NCBI RefSeq assembly: GCF_900186835.1
Contig: NZ_LT906448.1
Span: 1,854,606-1,878,605, forward strand
Reading direction: 5' to 3'
DNA: 24,000 nucleotides
Source: Pasteurella dagmatis
GTDB taxonomy: Bacteria; Pseudomonadota; Gammaproteobacteria; Enterobacterales; Pasteurellaceae
The position numbers and the translations under genes are program-made. Under the pieces are notes generated by a model. The model searched no databases. It had not been told where the DNA came from and was given only the letters and a program-made list of their open reading frames with translations. Below, piece after piece: positions 1 to 8,771 of the stretch (positions within the stretch are counted from its first letter, which is position 1; every line of letters starts with the position of its first letter).

Positions 1-164
1 ATAAGAATTTTTGATTTTTTACAAAATGAAGTGATATTCCATTTGCAATATCATCAATTGAGTGTTATCTAATAATTTCTGTATTTATTGTTTTATGAAT
101 AAATATGCAGATAAAAATGGATTTTTCGATCCTAAAACAAACATAACAATTAATGAGGATTTCT

Positions 165-2195
165 ATGAGCGGTTCTACGCAATATGCTCCGCAAGACTCT
201 CTGCGTGAATTAACGCTAAGAGGAATGATTTTAGGGGCTTTAATTACTGTCGTATTTACGGCATCAAATGTCTACTTAGGGTTGAAAGTAGGTCTTACTT
301 TCGCATCATCTATCCCTGCTGCAGTTATTTCAATGGCTGTGTTAAAAATGTTCTCAGGGTCTAACATTTTAGAAAATAATATGGTGCAAACCCAAGCATC
401 TGCAGCAGGAACATTATCATCTATCATTTTCGTATTACCGGGTCTCTTAATGATGGGATATTGGCAAGGTTTCCCATTCTGGCAAACAATGTTGATCTGT
501 GCTTCGGGGGGAATTTTAGGGGTTATTTTCACGATTCCTCTACGTAATGCGATGGTAACGCGTAGTGAACTCCCTTACCCAGAAGGCGTTGCAGCTGCAG
601 AGATTTTAAAAGCAGGTAACCACAAACAAGGTAGCGACAGTGGCGTACGTGAGATTATGACTGGCGGTTTAATTGCCGGTGTAATGGCATTCTTAACTAA
701 TGGTTTACGTGTAGTTGCTGACGGTGCAAGTTATTGGTTTAAATCAGGCAATGCAATTTTCCAAATTCCAATGGGTTTCTCACTTGCATTAGTGGGTGCC
801 GGTTACTTAGTCGGTATCGTCGGTGGTTTAGCAATTTTACTGGGTATTTTCATTGCTTGGGGTGTAGCAGTCCCTTACTTTAGCGCAGCCGTACCGATGC
901 CAGAAGATGCCAATATGATTAGTTATGCAATGGGTATTTGGAAAGAAAAAGTACGTTTTATTGGTGTCGGTACTATTGGCATCGCGGCAATTTGGACATT
1001 AATTATCTTAATGAAACCAATGATTGAGGGGATGCGAGCTTCTTTCCGTAGCTTAAAAGACCCAAATGGACAAACAAGTGAGCGAACAGAGCAAGACTTA
1101 TCTCCAAAAACAATGGTTTATCTAACACTTGCAACTATTGCATTAATCGCATTCTCATTATATGACTTCATCAGTGTGATGAACCTTTCACCTGAAGTAA
1201 CCGTTCTGTTAATTGTTGTTTGTACAATTTTCACTGTGGGTATTGGTTTCTTCGTTGCTGCTGCTTGTGGTTATATGGCAGGTTTAGTTGGATCATCATC
1301 AAGCCCAATTTCAGGTATCGGGATTATTTCTGTCGTAAGCATTTCACTCGCATTAATGGTTGTAGGCAATGTGACTGGTTTATCTGAAAACCCAGAATCA
1401 ATGCAATTTTTAACCGCATTGACCATCTTCTCAGGTTCACTTGTAGTGACTATTGCAGCAATTTCAAACGATAACTTACAAGACTTAAAAACAGGCTTAT
1501 TAGTGCGTGCAACCCCTTGGCGTCAAGAGGTGGCATTAATCATTGGTTGTATCGTAGGTGCATTAGTAATTGCACCAGTGCTTGAAATTTTATATCACGC
1601 TTATGGTTTTACAGGTGCATTGCCACGTGAAAGTATGGACCCTGCACAAGCATTATCTGCACCACAAGCAACCTTAATGACCACTATCGCAAAAGGTATC
1701 TTCTCACATAGCCTTGAATGGACATATATCTTTGTTGGTATTGGATTAGGTTTAACGTTAATTGTGATTGATTCGTTCTTGAAAAAATCCAGTAGTGGTC
1801 GATTTGCATTACCAGCACTTGCAGTAGGTATGGGAATTTACTTACCACCTGTTGTAAATATGCCAATCATTATCGGTGCAGTCTTAGCTTGGTTAATCAA
1901 CAAACACTTAACTCGCTATGCAACACGTACTGGCAAGAACCAAGAGGTGATTAAAAAATCAGCAGAACGTTTTGGTACATTATTTGCCGCAGGTCTGATT
2001 GTGGGTGAAAGTTTAGTGGGTGTCGTACTCGCCTTTATCATCGCTGCTTCTGTCACCTCTGGCGGTTCAGATGCGCCATTAGCACTTCATTTAGAAAACT
2101 GGGGAACCGTTGCTGAAGTGCTTGGTTTAATGGCTTTTGTGACTGGTGCAGGTATCTTAGTATTGCGTGTATTACGAGCAAAAAAACAAGCATAA
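165..2195 (+). CDS. OPT-family oligopeptide transporter (multi-pass membrane protein)
   Basis: A roughly 676 aa, highly hydrophobic polytopic protein whose length and glycine-rich helices are typical of the OPT superfamily. The ORF track starts at ATG 153. ATG 165 is preferred because GAGGA at 155-159 sits 5 nt upstream of it. Confidence 0.8.
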   Translation: MSGSTQYAPQDSLRELTLRGMILGALITVVFTASNVYLGLKVGLTFASSIPAAVISMAVLKMFSGSNILENNMVQTQASAAGTLSSIIFVLPGLLMMGYWQGFPFWQTMLICASGGILGVIFTIPLRNAMVTRSELPYPEGVAAAEILKAGNHKQGSDSGVREIMTGGLIAGVMAFLTNGLRVVADGASYWFKSGNAIFQIPMGFSLALVGAGYLVGIVGGLAILLGIFIAWGVAVPYFSAAVPMPEDANMISYAMGIWKEKVRFIGVGTIGIAAIWTLIILMKPMIEGMRASFRSLKDPNGQTSERTEQDLSPKTMVYLTLATIALIAFSLYDFISVMNLSPEVTVLLIVVCTIFTVGIGFFVAAACGYMAGLVGSSSSPISGIGIISVVSISLALMVVGNVTGLSENPESMQFLTALTIFSGSLVVTIAAISNDNLQDLKTGLLVRATPWRQEVALIIGCIVGALVIAPVLEILYHAYGFTGALPRESMDPAQALSAPQATLMTTIAKGIFSHSLEWTYIFVGIGLGLTLIVIDSFLKKSSSGRFALPALAVGMGIYLPPVVNMPIIIGAVLAWLINKHLTRYATRTGKNQEVIKKSAERFGTLFAAGLIVGESLVGVVLAFIIAASVTSGGSDAPLALHLENWGTVAEVLGLMAFVTGAGILVLRVLRAKKQA

Positions 2196-2212
2196 TTTTG
2201 ATTGATTAAGTT

Positions 2213-2252
2213 GCAGGCTACTAAGATATCTGGTAGCCTGCTTTTTATTTTT
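2213..2252 (+). terminator. Rho-independent terminator after the OPT transporter gene
   Basis: A 9 bp stem, GCAGGCTAC (2213-2221) paired with GTAGCCTGC (2233-2241), followed by TTTTTATTTTT. Confidence 0.8.
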
Positions 2253-2358
2253 ACGCAACCGTTTAAATCGTTCTTGCTTCCTATGAATGTAACCGAAGGG
2301 CATTGATAGAAAGTGCAGTTGCATCCATTCATAACTCGCTGTTTAAAAGGATATTCCT

Positions 2359-3186
2359 ATGCTAACACTTTCCCCGAAGTTATTAGACGATACCCTCGAC
2401 ATTGCTTATCAAGCGGGAAAGCATTTAGCGGATTTCTATCAGAAATCGAAACAAAGTGCGGTCAATATTCGAAAAAAATCAGATAACACACCGGTGACGG
2501 AAGTCGATTTATTTTTAAGCCAATTTTTAATCGAAAAACTCACCGCACTTACGCCTAATATGCCAATTTTATCAGAAGAATGTTGCAAAATTTCGCTAAC
2601 AGAACGTACGCAATGGCTCGAATATTGGTTAATTGATCCATTAGACGGCACCCAACAATTTATTGATCAAACTGATCAATTCTCAGTTTTAATTACATTA
2701 GTGCAAAACAACATACCTGTTCTTGGTATTATTCACGCCCCTTTACTTGATACTACTTATTATGCAATGAAAGGTTTTGGCGCATATAAGTCAGCAGGCA
2801 AACGAAAGCAAAAACTCATCCCTCGTCCATTACTTGCCAAAAATAAACTCAAAATTGCTATCGGAGCAACCAGTACAACTAATAAAGTGCGGTCTGTTTT
2901 AACGGAAAATTGTGAATATGATTTCCTTATTTATGGTTCAAGTGGTTTAAAAAGTGGCTTAGTCGCAGATGGAACCTGTGATTGCTATATACGACTGGGT
3001 AAAACAGGAGAATGGGACACAGCACCAGCTGAAATTTTATTAGCTGAAGTTGGAGGCGCAGTATTTGATACTCAATTTCAACCATTAACTTATAACAAAC
3101 GAGAAACCTTTATCAACCCAGACTTTATTATGACCTTAGATAAAAACTACGCTTGGCAGAAAATCTTTAAATTTAATGAAGTGTAA
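2359..3186 (+). CDS. cysQ: 3'(2'),5'-bisphosphate nucleotidase CysQ (inositol monophosphatase family)
   Basis: Carries the IMPase-family motifs WLIDPLDGT and GEWDTAP. Length is 275 aa. AAGGA lies upstream of the ATG. Confidence 0.85.
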   Translation: MLTLSPKLLDDTLDIAYQAGKHLADFYQKSKQSAVNIRKKSDNTPVTEVDLFLSQFLIEKLTALTPNMPILSEECCKISLTERTQWLEYWLIDPLDGTQQFIDQTDQFSVLITLVQNNIPVLGIIHAPLLDTTYYAMKGFGAYKSAGKRKQKLIPRPLLAKNKLKIAIGATSTTNKVRSVLTENCEYDFLIYGSSGLKSGLVADGTCDCYIRLGKTGEWDTAPAEILLAEVGGAVFDTQFQPLTYNKRETFINPDFIMTLDKNYAWQKIFKFNEV

Positions 3187-3198
3187 TAAAAAGCAATT

Positions 3199-3207
3199 TG
3201 TTATAAT
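3199..3207 (+). promoter_or_regulatory. Candidate extended -10 element (TGtTATAAT) for zwf
   Basis: TG at 3199-3200 plus TATAAT at 3202-3207, about 50 nt upstream of the zwf ATG. A second TATAAT lies at 3220-3225. The background is AT-rich, so a chance match is possible. Confidence 0.3.
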
Positions 3208-3257
3208 CATTTACAAATTTATAATATTTTTCAACAATTAATAACCTCAGGAATAAA

Positions 3258-4748
3258 ATGAAAATAGAAGCAGATAATAATTGTATTGTGATTTTTGGTG
3301 CTTCAGGAGACTTAACTCATCGTAAGTTAATTCCTGCACTTTATAATCTTTATAAAATAGGCCGTTTAACTGAACATTTTTCAGTATTAGGTGTAGCACG
3401 TACAGAATTAAGTGATGAAAGTTTCCGTGACAAAATGCGCCAAGCATTAATTAAGCACGAGGGTGCCAATGGTGAAACTTTAGAAGAATTTTGTAACCAT
3501 TTATATTACCAAGCTTTAAATACCTCAGATGCAAGTGATTATGGCAAATTAATTCCTCGCCTTGATGAACTGCACGATAAATATCAAACCTATGGTAACA
3601 CTCTCTATTACCTTTCTACACCACCAAGCCTTTATGGTGTGATCCCTGAATGTCTAGCTGCACATGGCCTAAATACCGAAGAATTTGGTTGGAAACGTTT
3701 AATTGTTGAAAAACCATTCGGCTATGATATTCGCACTGCAAAAGAATTAGATATTCAAATTCACCGTTTCTTTGCAGAACACCAAATTTATCGTATCGAC
3801 CATTATTTAGGTAAAGAAACCGTACAAAACCTACTCGTTTTACGTTTCTCAAACGGTTTATTTGAACCTCTTTGGAACCGAAATTTCATCGATTATGTTG
3901 AAATTACAGGTGCAGAATCCTTAGGTGTTGAAGAACGTGGTGGTTATTATGACGGTTCAGGTGCGATGCGTGATATGTTCCAAAACCACTTATTGCAAGT
4001 GCTTGCAATGGTTGCAATGGAACCACCTGCAATCATCAATGCAGATTCAATGCGTGATGAAGTGGCAAAAGTGCTCTATTGCTTACACCCATTAAGCCAA
4101 GATGATTTAGAAAATAACTTAGTGCTCGGACAATACGGTACTGGTGTGATCAATGGTGAAGAGGTCAAAGGTTACTTACAAGAAAAAGGCGTGCCAGCGG
4201 ACTCAGATACAGAAACCTATATGGCATTACGTTGTGAAATTGACAACTGGCGTTGGGCGGGAGTGCCTTTCTATGTACGTACTGGTAAACGTTTACCGAC
4301 TCGAGTGACTGAAGTTGTGATTCACTTCAAAACCACGCCACACCCAGTATTCAGCCAAAAAGCACCTGAAAATAAACTGATTATCCGTATTCAGCCAGAT
4401 GAAGGCATTTCAATGCGTTTCGGCTTGAAAAAACCGGGGGCAGGCTTTGAGGCTAAAGAAGTGTCAATGGATTTCCGTTATGCTGATCTTGCATCACCAA
4501 GTTTATTAACCGCTTATGAGCGCTTACTTTTAGATTCAATGAAAGGTGATGCAACGCTATTTGCGCGTACTGATGCGGTACACGCCTGCTGGAAATTTGT
4601 TGAGCCAATTTTAGATTACAAAGCGAAAAATGGCAGAGTATATGAATATGAATCAGGCTCTTGGGGACCAACAGAAGCGGATAAATTGATCGCAAAAACA
4701 GGCCGTGTGTGGCGCAGACCTAGCGGTTTAATGAAGAAAAAAGTGTAA
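3258..4748 (+). CDS. zwf: Glucose-6-phosphate 1-dehydrogenase
   Basis: Has the N-terminal NADP motif [12 protein letters not shown] and the active-site signature RIDHYLGKE. Length is 496 aa. Confidence 0.97.
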   Translation: MKIEADNNCIVIFGASGDLTHRKLIPALYNLYKIGRLTEHFSVLGVARTELSDESFRDKMRQALIKHEGANGETLEEFCNHLYYQALNTSDASDYGKLIPRLDELHDKYQTYGNTLYYLSTPPSLYGVIPECLAAHGLNTEEFGWKRLIVEKPFGYDIRTAKELDIQIHRFFAEHQIYRIDHYLGKETVQNLLVLRFSNGLFEPLWNRNFIDYVEITGAESLGVEERGGYYDGSGAMRDMFQNHLLQVLAMVAMEPPAIINADSMRDEVAKVLYCLHPLSQDDLENNLVLGQYGTGVINGEEVKGYLQEKGVPADSDTETYMALRCEIDNWRWAGVPFYVRTGKRLPTRVTEVVIHFKTTPHPVFSQKAPENKLIIRIQPDEGISMRFGLKKPGAGFEAKEVSMDFRYADLASPSLLTAYERLLLDSMKGDATLFARTDAVHACWKFVEPILDYKAKNGRVYEYESGSWGPTEADKLIAKTGRVWRRPSGLMKKKV

Positions 4749-4754
4749 TTTATT

Positions 4755-4785
4755 CAATAATCCCCCTAGTCAAGGGGGATTATTG
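4755..4785. repeat. Perfect 13 bp stem / 5 nt loop hairpin without a U-tract, in the zwf-pgl spacer
   Basis: CAATAATCCCCCT (4755-4767), loop AGTCA, AGGGGGATTATTG (4773-4785). It starts 7 nt after the zwf stop. Neither strand has a T-run after the stem. Confidence 0.7.
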
Positions 4786-4805
4786 AAAATAACTTAGGAT
4801 ACGCA

Positions 4806-5504
4806 ATGAATACAGTTATTTTTGACAACGCACAAAATGCCGTCGAAAAAATCGCACAAGAGCTTTTAGCATATAGCCTTGAAAATCGCCCTGTGCACAT
4901 TTCTTTATCTGGCGGGTCAACGCCGAAATTATTATTTAAAACCCTCGCACAAGTGCCTTACAACACTGAAATTCAATGGCAAAACTTGCATTTCTGGTGG
5001 GGTGATGATCGTATGGTGTTACCAACCGATCCTGAAAGTAACTACGGCGAAGTGCAAAAATTATTATTCGATCACATTCAAATTCCTACAGAAAATATTC
5101 ACCGTATTCGTGGCGAAGAGCCAGTAGAAACTGAACTTAAACGCTTTGAGCAAGAGCTAAGTGCGGTCGTTCCTGAGCAAGTTTTTGATTGGATTATTTT
5201 AGGTATGGGAACAGATGGACACACTGCATCACTTTTCCCACATCAAACTAATTTTGATGATCCACATTTAGCGGTTATCGCAAAACACCCTGAAACAGGG
5301 CAAATCCGTATTTCAAAAACGGCAAAATTGATTGAACAAGCGAAACGAGTGACTTATTTAGTGACTGGTGCAAGCAAAGCAGAAATTTTGAAAGAAATTC
5401 AAACCAAGCCAGCAGAAAGTTTGCCTTACCCAGCTGCGAAAATTAAAGCGAAAAAGGGCATTACAGAGTGGTATTTGGATAAAGATGCGGCGAAGTTGCT
5501 ATAA
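4806..5504 (+). CDS. pgl: 6-phosphogluconolactonase (DevB/Pgl type)
   Basis: Has the SLSGGSTP motif and glucosamine-6-P isomerase/6PGL-family features (GMGTDGHTASLFP). It lies between zwf and gnd. Confidence 0.93.
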   Translation: MNTVIFDNAQNAVEKIAQELLAYSLENRPVHISLSGGSTPKLLFKTLAQVPYNTEIQWQNLHFWWGDDRMVLPTDPESNYGEVQKLLFDHIQIPTENIHRIRGEEPVETELKRFEQELSAVVPEQVFDWIILGMGTDGHTASLFPHQTNFDDPHLAVIAKHPETGQIRISKTAKLIEQAKRVTYLVTGASKAEILKEIQTKPAESLPYPAAKIKAKKGITEWYLDKDAAKLL

Positions 5505-5540
5505 CAAGTGGTGAGATTTTTCGAAATTTTACAAAAGATT

Positions 5541-5614
5541 CGAGTACCAAATATAGGATAGCGCTCGTTTCCAACGAGTGCTAAAAATTAAGGTACTCGT
5601 CAAAGACGAGCGCC
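5541..5614. repeat. Composite imperfect inverted-repeat element with mutually exclusive pairings
   Basis: Hairpin 1 is AGCGCTCGTT-TCC-AACGAGTGCT (5560-5582). Hairpin 2 is GGTACTCGTC-AAA-GACGAGCGCC (5592-5614). In addition, CGAGTACC (5541-5548) is complementary to GGTACTCG (5592-5599), and GCGCTCGT (5561-5568) is complementary to ACGAGCGC (5606-5613). Confidence 0.6.
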
Positions 5615-5662
5615 ATCGGGGGATGAAATTCAGTAAGTTTTCAAGCGTGGCTTAAGAGATAA

Positions 5663-5671
5663 AAGTGCGGT
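5663..5671 (+). repeat. Uptake signal sequence (Hin-type USS core AAGTGCGGT), intergenic
   Basis: Exact 9-mer followed by the usual T-rich flank (ATTTTTTTG). Confidence 0.9.
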
Positions 5672-5711
5672 ATTTTTTTGAAAAATTTTCTTACTTAATC
5701 AGGAGTTTAAA

Positions 5712-6131
5712 ATGAAAAAACTATTTTCTCTTTTCATTGTATTGACTTTAATGGCTTGCTCATCTGCAATTAGCCCATATGATATTGCTCGGAAAATTCC
5801 TAAAAATACGAATAAAACTATCATTTTTAATGTAAATGCAGCTAATAATAGCGCATCTAATTTAATCTTAGCAGGAGTGATGAAAACTAGCTCAGGTGGA
5901 ATAAACAAGCAATTAATGGATTTAGTGACTAATGACAATTTAAACATTGGTATTTCAGGCAAAAGCCAAATGTTAAACAAAGTCGCTGCCACATATGTTA
6001 TTGAGAATGGTAAATTCGGAAAAAATACCAAACTCTTTATGGTTGGCGATAGCGAACAAGATAAAAAAGAATTAGAACAATCCGCTAATACAAAAAATAT
6101 TCCTTTTGAGTATTTTTTAGTAGGTAAGTAA
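5712..6131 (+). CDS. Small hypothetical lipoprotein (139 aa)
   Basis: Strong RBS AGGAG 6 nt upstream of the ATG. The signal peptide MKKLFSLFIVLTLMAC carries a lipobox, L-M-A-C. The mature part is Asn/Lys-rich with no motif I recognise. Confidence 0.7.
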   Translation: MKKLFSLFIVLTLMACSSAISPYDIARKIPKNTNKTIIFNVNAANNSASNLILAGVMKTSSGGINKQLMDLVTNDNLNIGISGKSQMLNKVAATYVIENGKFGKNTKLFMVGDSEQDKKELEQSANTKNIPFEYFLVGK

Positions 6132-6230
6132 GATTGGTAAAAAGAACAAATCGTTATCCACGAAAAGTACCTAACAGAGTATTACCTTTATTAGAAAAAT
6201 ATATGATTTCTTAAAAAACAGGAGCAAACA

Positions 6231-7685
6231 ATGTCAGTAAAAGGTGACATCGGCGTTATCGGCTTAGCGGTAATGGGCCAAAACTTAATTTTAAATATGA
6301 ATGATCACGGCTTTAAAGTAGTGGCATTCAACCGTACTACTTCGAAAGTCGATGAATTTTTACAAGGTGCTGCGAAAGGCACAAACATTATCGGGGCTTA
6401 TTCATTACAAGACTTAGCGGATAAATTAGAAAAACCGCGTAAAGTGATGCTAATGGTGCGTGCGGGTGATGTTGTCGATCAATTCATCGAGGCATTATTA
6501 CCTCACTTAGAAGAAGGCGACATCATTATTGATGGCGGTAACACCAACTATCCTGACACTAACCGTCGTGTGGCTTACTTACGCGAAAAAGGCATTCGCT
6601 TTATTGGTACGGGTGTTTCTGGTGGCGAAGAAGGTGCACGTTTCGGGCCTTCAATTATGCCAGGCGGTGATGAATCAGCGTGGGAACACGTAAAACCAAT
6701 TCTACAAGCTATTTCTGCGAAAACCGAACAAGGCGAAGCGTGCTGTGACTGGGTGGGTCGTGATGGAGCAGGTCACTTCGTGAAAATGGTTCACAACGGT
6801 ATCGAATACGGCGATATGCAACTTATCTGCGAAGCATACCAATTCTTAAAAGAAGGAGTAGGTTTATCTGATGATGAGTTGGAGGCAACGTTCAACGAAT
6901 GGCGTAACACGGAGTTAGACAGCTATCTTATCGATATTACAGCAGATATTTTAGGCTACAAAGATGAAGATGGTTCTCGCTTAGTGGATAAGATTTTAGA
7001 CACTGCGGGTCAAAAAGGGACAGGTAAATGGACAGGTATCAACGCTCTTGATTTCGGTATTCCATTAACACTTATCACTGAATCTGTGTTCGCACGTTGC
7101 GTATCTTCATTCAAAGATCAACGTGTTGAAGCATCAAAATTATTCAACAAAGCAGTGGGCAAAGTGGAAGGCGATAAAAAAGTGTGGATTGAAGCAGTAC
7201 GCAAAGCGTTATTGGCATCAAAAATCATTTCTTACGCACAAGGCTTTATGTTAATCCGCGAAGCATCTGAAAACTTCGGTTGGAATATTAACTACGGAAA
7301 CACCGCACTTTTATGGCGTGAAGGTTGTATCATCCGTAGCCGTTTCTTAGGTAACATCCGCGATGCTTATGAAGCTAACCCAGATTTAATCTTCTTGGGT
7401 TCAGACGATTACTTCAAAGGCATTTTAGAAAATAGTTTAGGTGAATGGCGTAAAGTGGTCGCAAAATCCATTGAAGTGGGTATCCCAATGCCTTGTATGG
7501 CGTCAGCGATCACCTTCTTAGACAGCTACACTAGCGAACGTTTACCAGCAAACTTATTACAAGCGCAACGTGACTACTTCGGTGCACACACTTATGAACG
7601 CACTGACAAACCACGTGGTGAGTTCTTCCATACTAACTGGACTGGTCGTGGTGGTGATACAGCATCAACGACTTACGATGTGTAG
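6231..7685 (+). CDS. gnd: 6-phosphogluconate dehydrogenase, decarboxylating
   Basis: N-terminal Rossmann motif IGVIGLAVMGQNLILNM and the C-terminal 6PGD domain. Length is 484 aa. RBS is AGGAG. Confidence 0.97.
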   Translation: MSVKGDIGVIGLAVMGQNLILNMNDHGFKVVAFNRTTSKVDEFLQGAAKGTNIIGAYSLQDLADKLEKPRKVMLMVRAGDVVDQFIEALLPHLEEGDIIIDGGNTNYPDTNRRVAYLREKGIRFIGTGVSGGEEGARFGPSIMPGGDESAWEHVKPILQAISAKTEQGEACCDWVGRDGAGHFVKMVHNGIEYGDMQLICEAYQFLKEGVGLSDDELEATFNEWRNTELDSYLIDITADILGYKDEDGSRLVDKILDTAGQKGTGKWTGINALDFGIPLTLITESVFARCVSSFKDQRVEASKLFNKAVGKVEGDKKVWIEAVRKALLASKIISYAQGFMLIREASENFGWNINYGNTALLWREGCIIRSRFLGNIRDAYEANPDLIFLGSDDYFKGILENSLGEWRKVVAKSIEVGIPMPCMASAITFLDSYTSERLPANLLQAQRDYFGAHTYERTDKPRGEFFHTNWTGRGGDTASTTYDV

Positions 7686-7704
7686 CTAAAACTCACTAAA
7701 AATT

Positions 7705-7749
7705 AACCGCACTTTGCTGTCAGCCGACTAAAAGTGCGGTGTTTTTTTA
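7705..7749 (+). terminator. gnd terminator built from an inverted pair of USS
   Basis: AACCGCACTTT (7705-7715) pairs with AAAGTGCGGT (7731-7740), followed by GTTTTTTT. This is the classic Haemophilus USS-pair terminator arrangement. Confidence 0.85.
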
Positions 7750-7867
7750 TTGTATTTTCTGGTGATTGGAGCACCAAATTGGGCGGCTAGCTCAAGATAC
7801 TTTTTATGGCAGTATTTGCTCACACTTAAAGAATACTGGCTTTCATATCAATACTAGAAGGAAGCTT

Positions 7868-8680
7868 ATGAACATTCCTAATTACAAAAACCAAATTAAA
7901 ATCGTCTTTTTTGATATTGATGAAACCTTGCTGATCAAAGATGAAGATCGTATCCCTGATAGCGTTGTGCCTGCGTTAAACAAATTGAAAGAAAACGGTA
8001 TTATTACTGCGATTGCGACTGGGCGTACACCTTCAAACTTCCCACCCAAAATTAAAGAACTCATTGCACAAACTGGGATGGATTTATTTGTAACGATTAA
8101 CGGGCAATATATTGATTATAAAAATGCGCCGTTAGAAAAAAACACTTTACCTACTGAAAAAATCCAAAAACTTGTGGATTTCTTTGAAAAACACCAAATT
8201 GAATACGCACAAATTTCCCCAACAGATACTGCCATTTCAGCGGCAACTGAAGAAGTGCGTGGTGCATTAGATCCACTAAAAGGTCATTATTATGTGGATA
8301 AAGATTTCTTCAAAAATAATGATGTTTTCCAAATTCTTGCGTTCTATAACACAGAAAAAGATGAACTCGTTCAAAACTCTGGCGTGTTAGCGGGCTTACA
8401 ATCTGTACGTTGGCATAAAGACTCAATGGACTTATTTGACGCCAACATTTCAAAAGCAAGTGGTATTGCAAGCGCAATTCGCCATTTAGGCTTTGAAATG
8501 GAAAATGTAATGGCATTTGGTGACGGCTTAAATGACATTGAAATGCTCCGCACCGTTGGCGTGGGCGTGGCAATGGGGAATGCTCATGAAGATGTGAAAA
8601 AAATTGCACGTCACATCACTCGCCCAATTGATCAAGATGGGATTCACTACTTCCTTAAACAAGCTGGCTTATTAGATTAA
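7868..8680 (+). CDS. Cof-type HAD-IIB family hydrolase (probable sugar-phosphate phosphatase)
   Basis: HAD motif I FFDIDETL, motif IV GDGLNDIEM, and a Cof-like cap region. The track start at 7766 is a TTG. ATG 7868 is preferred because AGGAAG sits 5-10 nt upstream of it. Confidence 0.85.
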   Translation: MNIPNYKNQIKIVFFDIDETLLIKDEDRIPDSVVPALNKLKENGIITAIATGRTPSNFPPKIKELIAQTGMDLFVTINGQYIDYKNAPLEKNTLPTEKIQKLVDFFEKHQIEYAQISPTDTAISAATEEVRGALDPLKGHYYVDKDFFKNNDVFQILAFYNTEKDELVQNSGVLAGLQSVRWHKDSMDLFDANISKASGIASAIRHLGFEMENVMAFGDGLNDIEMLRTVGVGVAMGNAHEDVKKIARHITRPIDQDGIHYFLKQAGLLD

Positions 8681-8684
8681 TTAT

Positions 8685-8706
8685 TTTTGCGATCCAGATC
8701 GAGGCG
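8685..8706. promoter_or_regulatory. CRP-S-like (Sxy/TfoX-dependent CRP) site upstream of comF
   Basis: TTT-TGCGA-TCCAGA-TCGAG. The left half is an exact CRP-S half-site (TGCGA, with C rather than T at the diagnostic position) and has the T-rich flank. The inner palindrome is CGATC-CA-GATCG. The right half is degenerate (TCGAG versus TCGCA). The centre lies about 76 nt upstream of the comF ATG. Confidence 0.4.
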
Positions 8707-8731
8707 TGTACATTAAGGACACGCCTTTTTT
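8702..8731 (+). terminator. Rho-independent terminator after the HAD hydrolase gene
   Basis: AGGCGTGT (8702-8709) pairs with ACACGCCT (8719-8726), followed by TTTTT. It lies inside the GTG-extended version of the comF ORF, which argues for the shorter comF start. Confidence 0.7.
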
Positions 8732-8771
8732 ATGTTTCCGTTTTAGATTAATGCTTTTTACGGAGAATAAA

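Noticed and set aside
5699-6031. 110 aa minus-strand ORF overlapping the lipoprotein gene
   Set aside because: It has no RBS or recognisable features. The plus-strand ORF has a strong AGGAG RBS and a canonical lipoprotein signal peptide, so the minus-strand ORF is treated as a shadow.
7766-7867. N-terminal extensions proposed by the ORF track: HAD gene from TTG 7766, comF from GTG 8706, tnaB from TTG 11526, rhodanese gene from TTG 20297, OPT from ATG 153
   Set aside because: Each extension lacks an RBS. Some run through a terminator or hairpin (8702-8731, 11509-11540). Downstream ATGs have proper Shine-Dalgarno spacing and give N-termini typical of the families.
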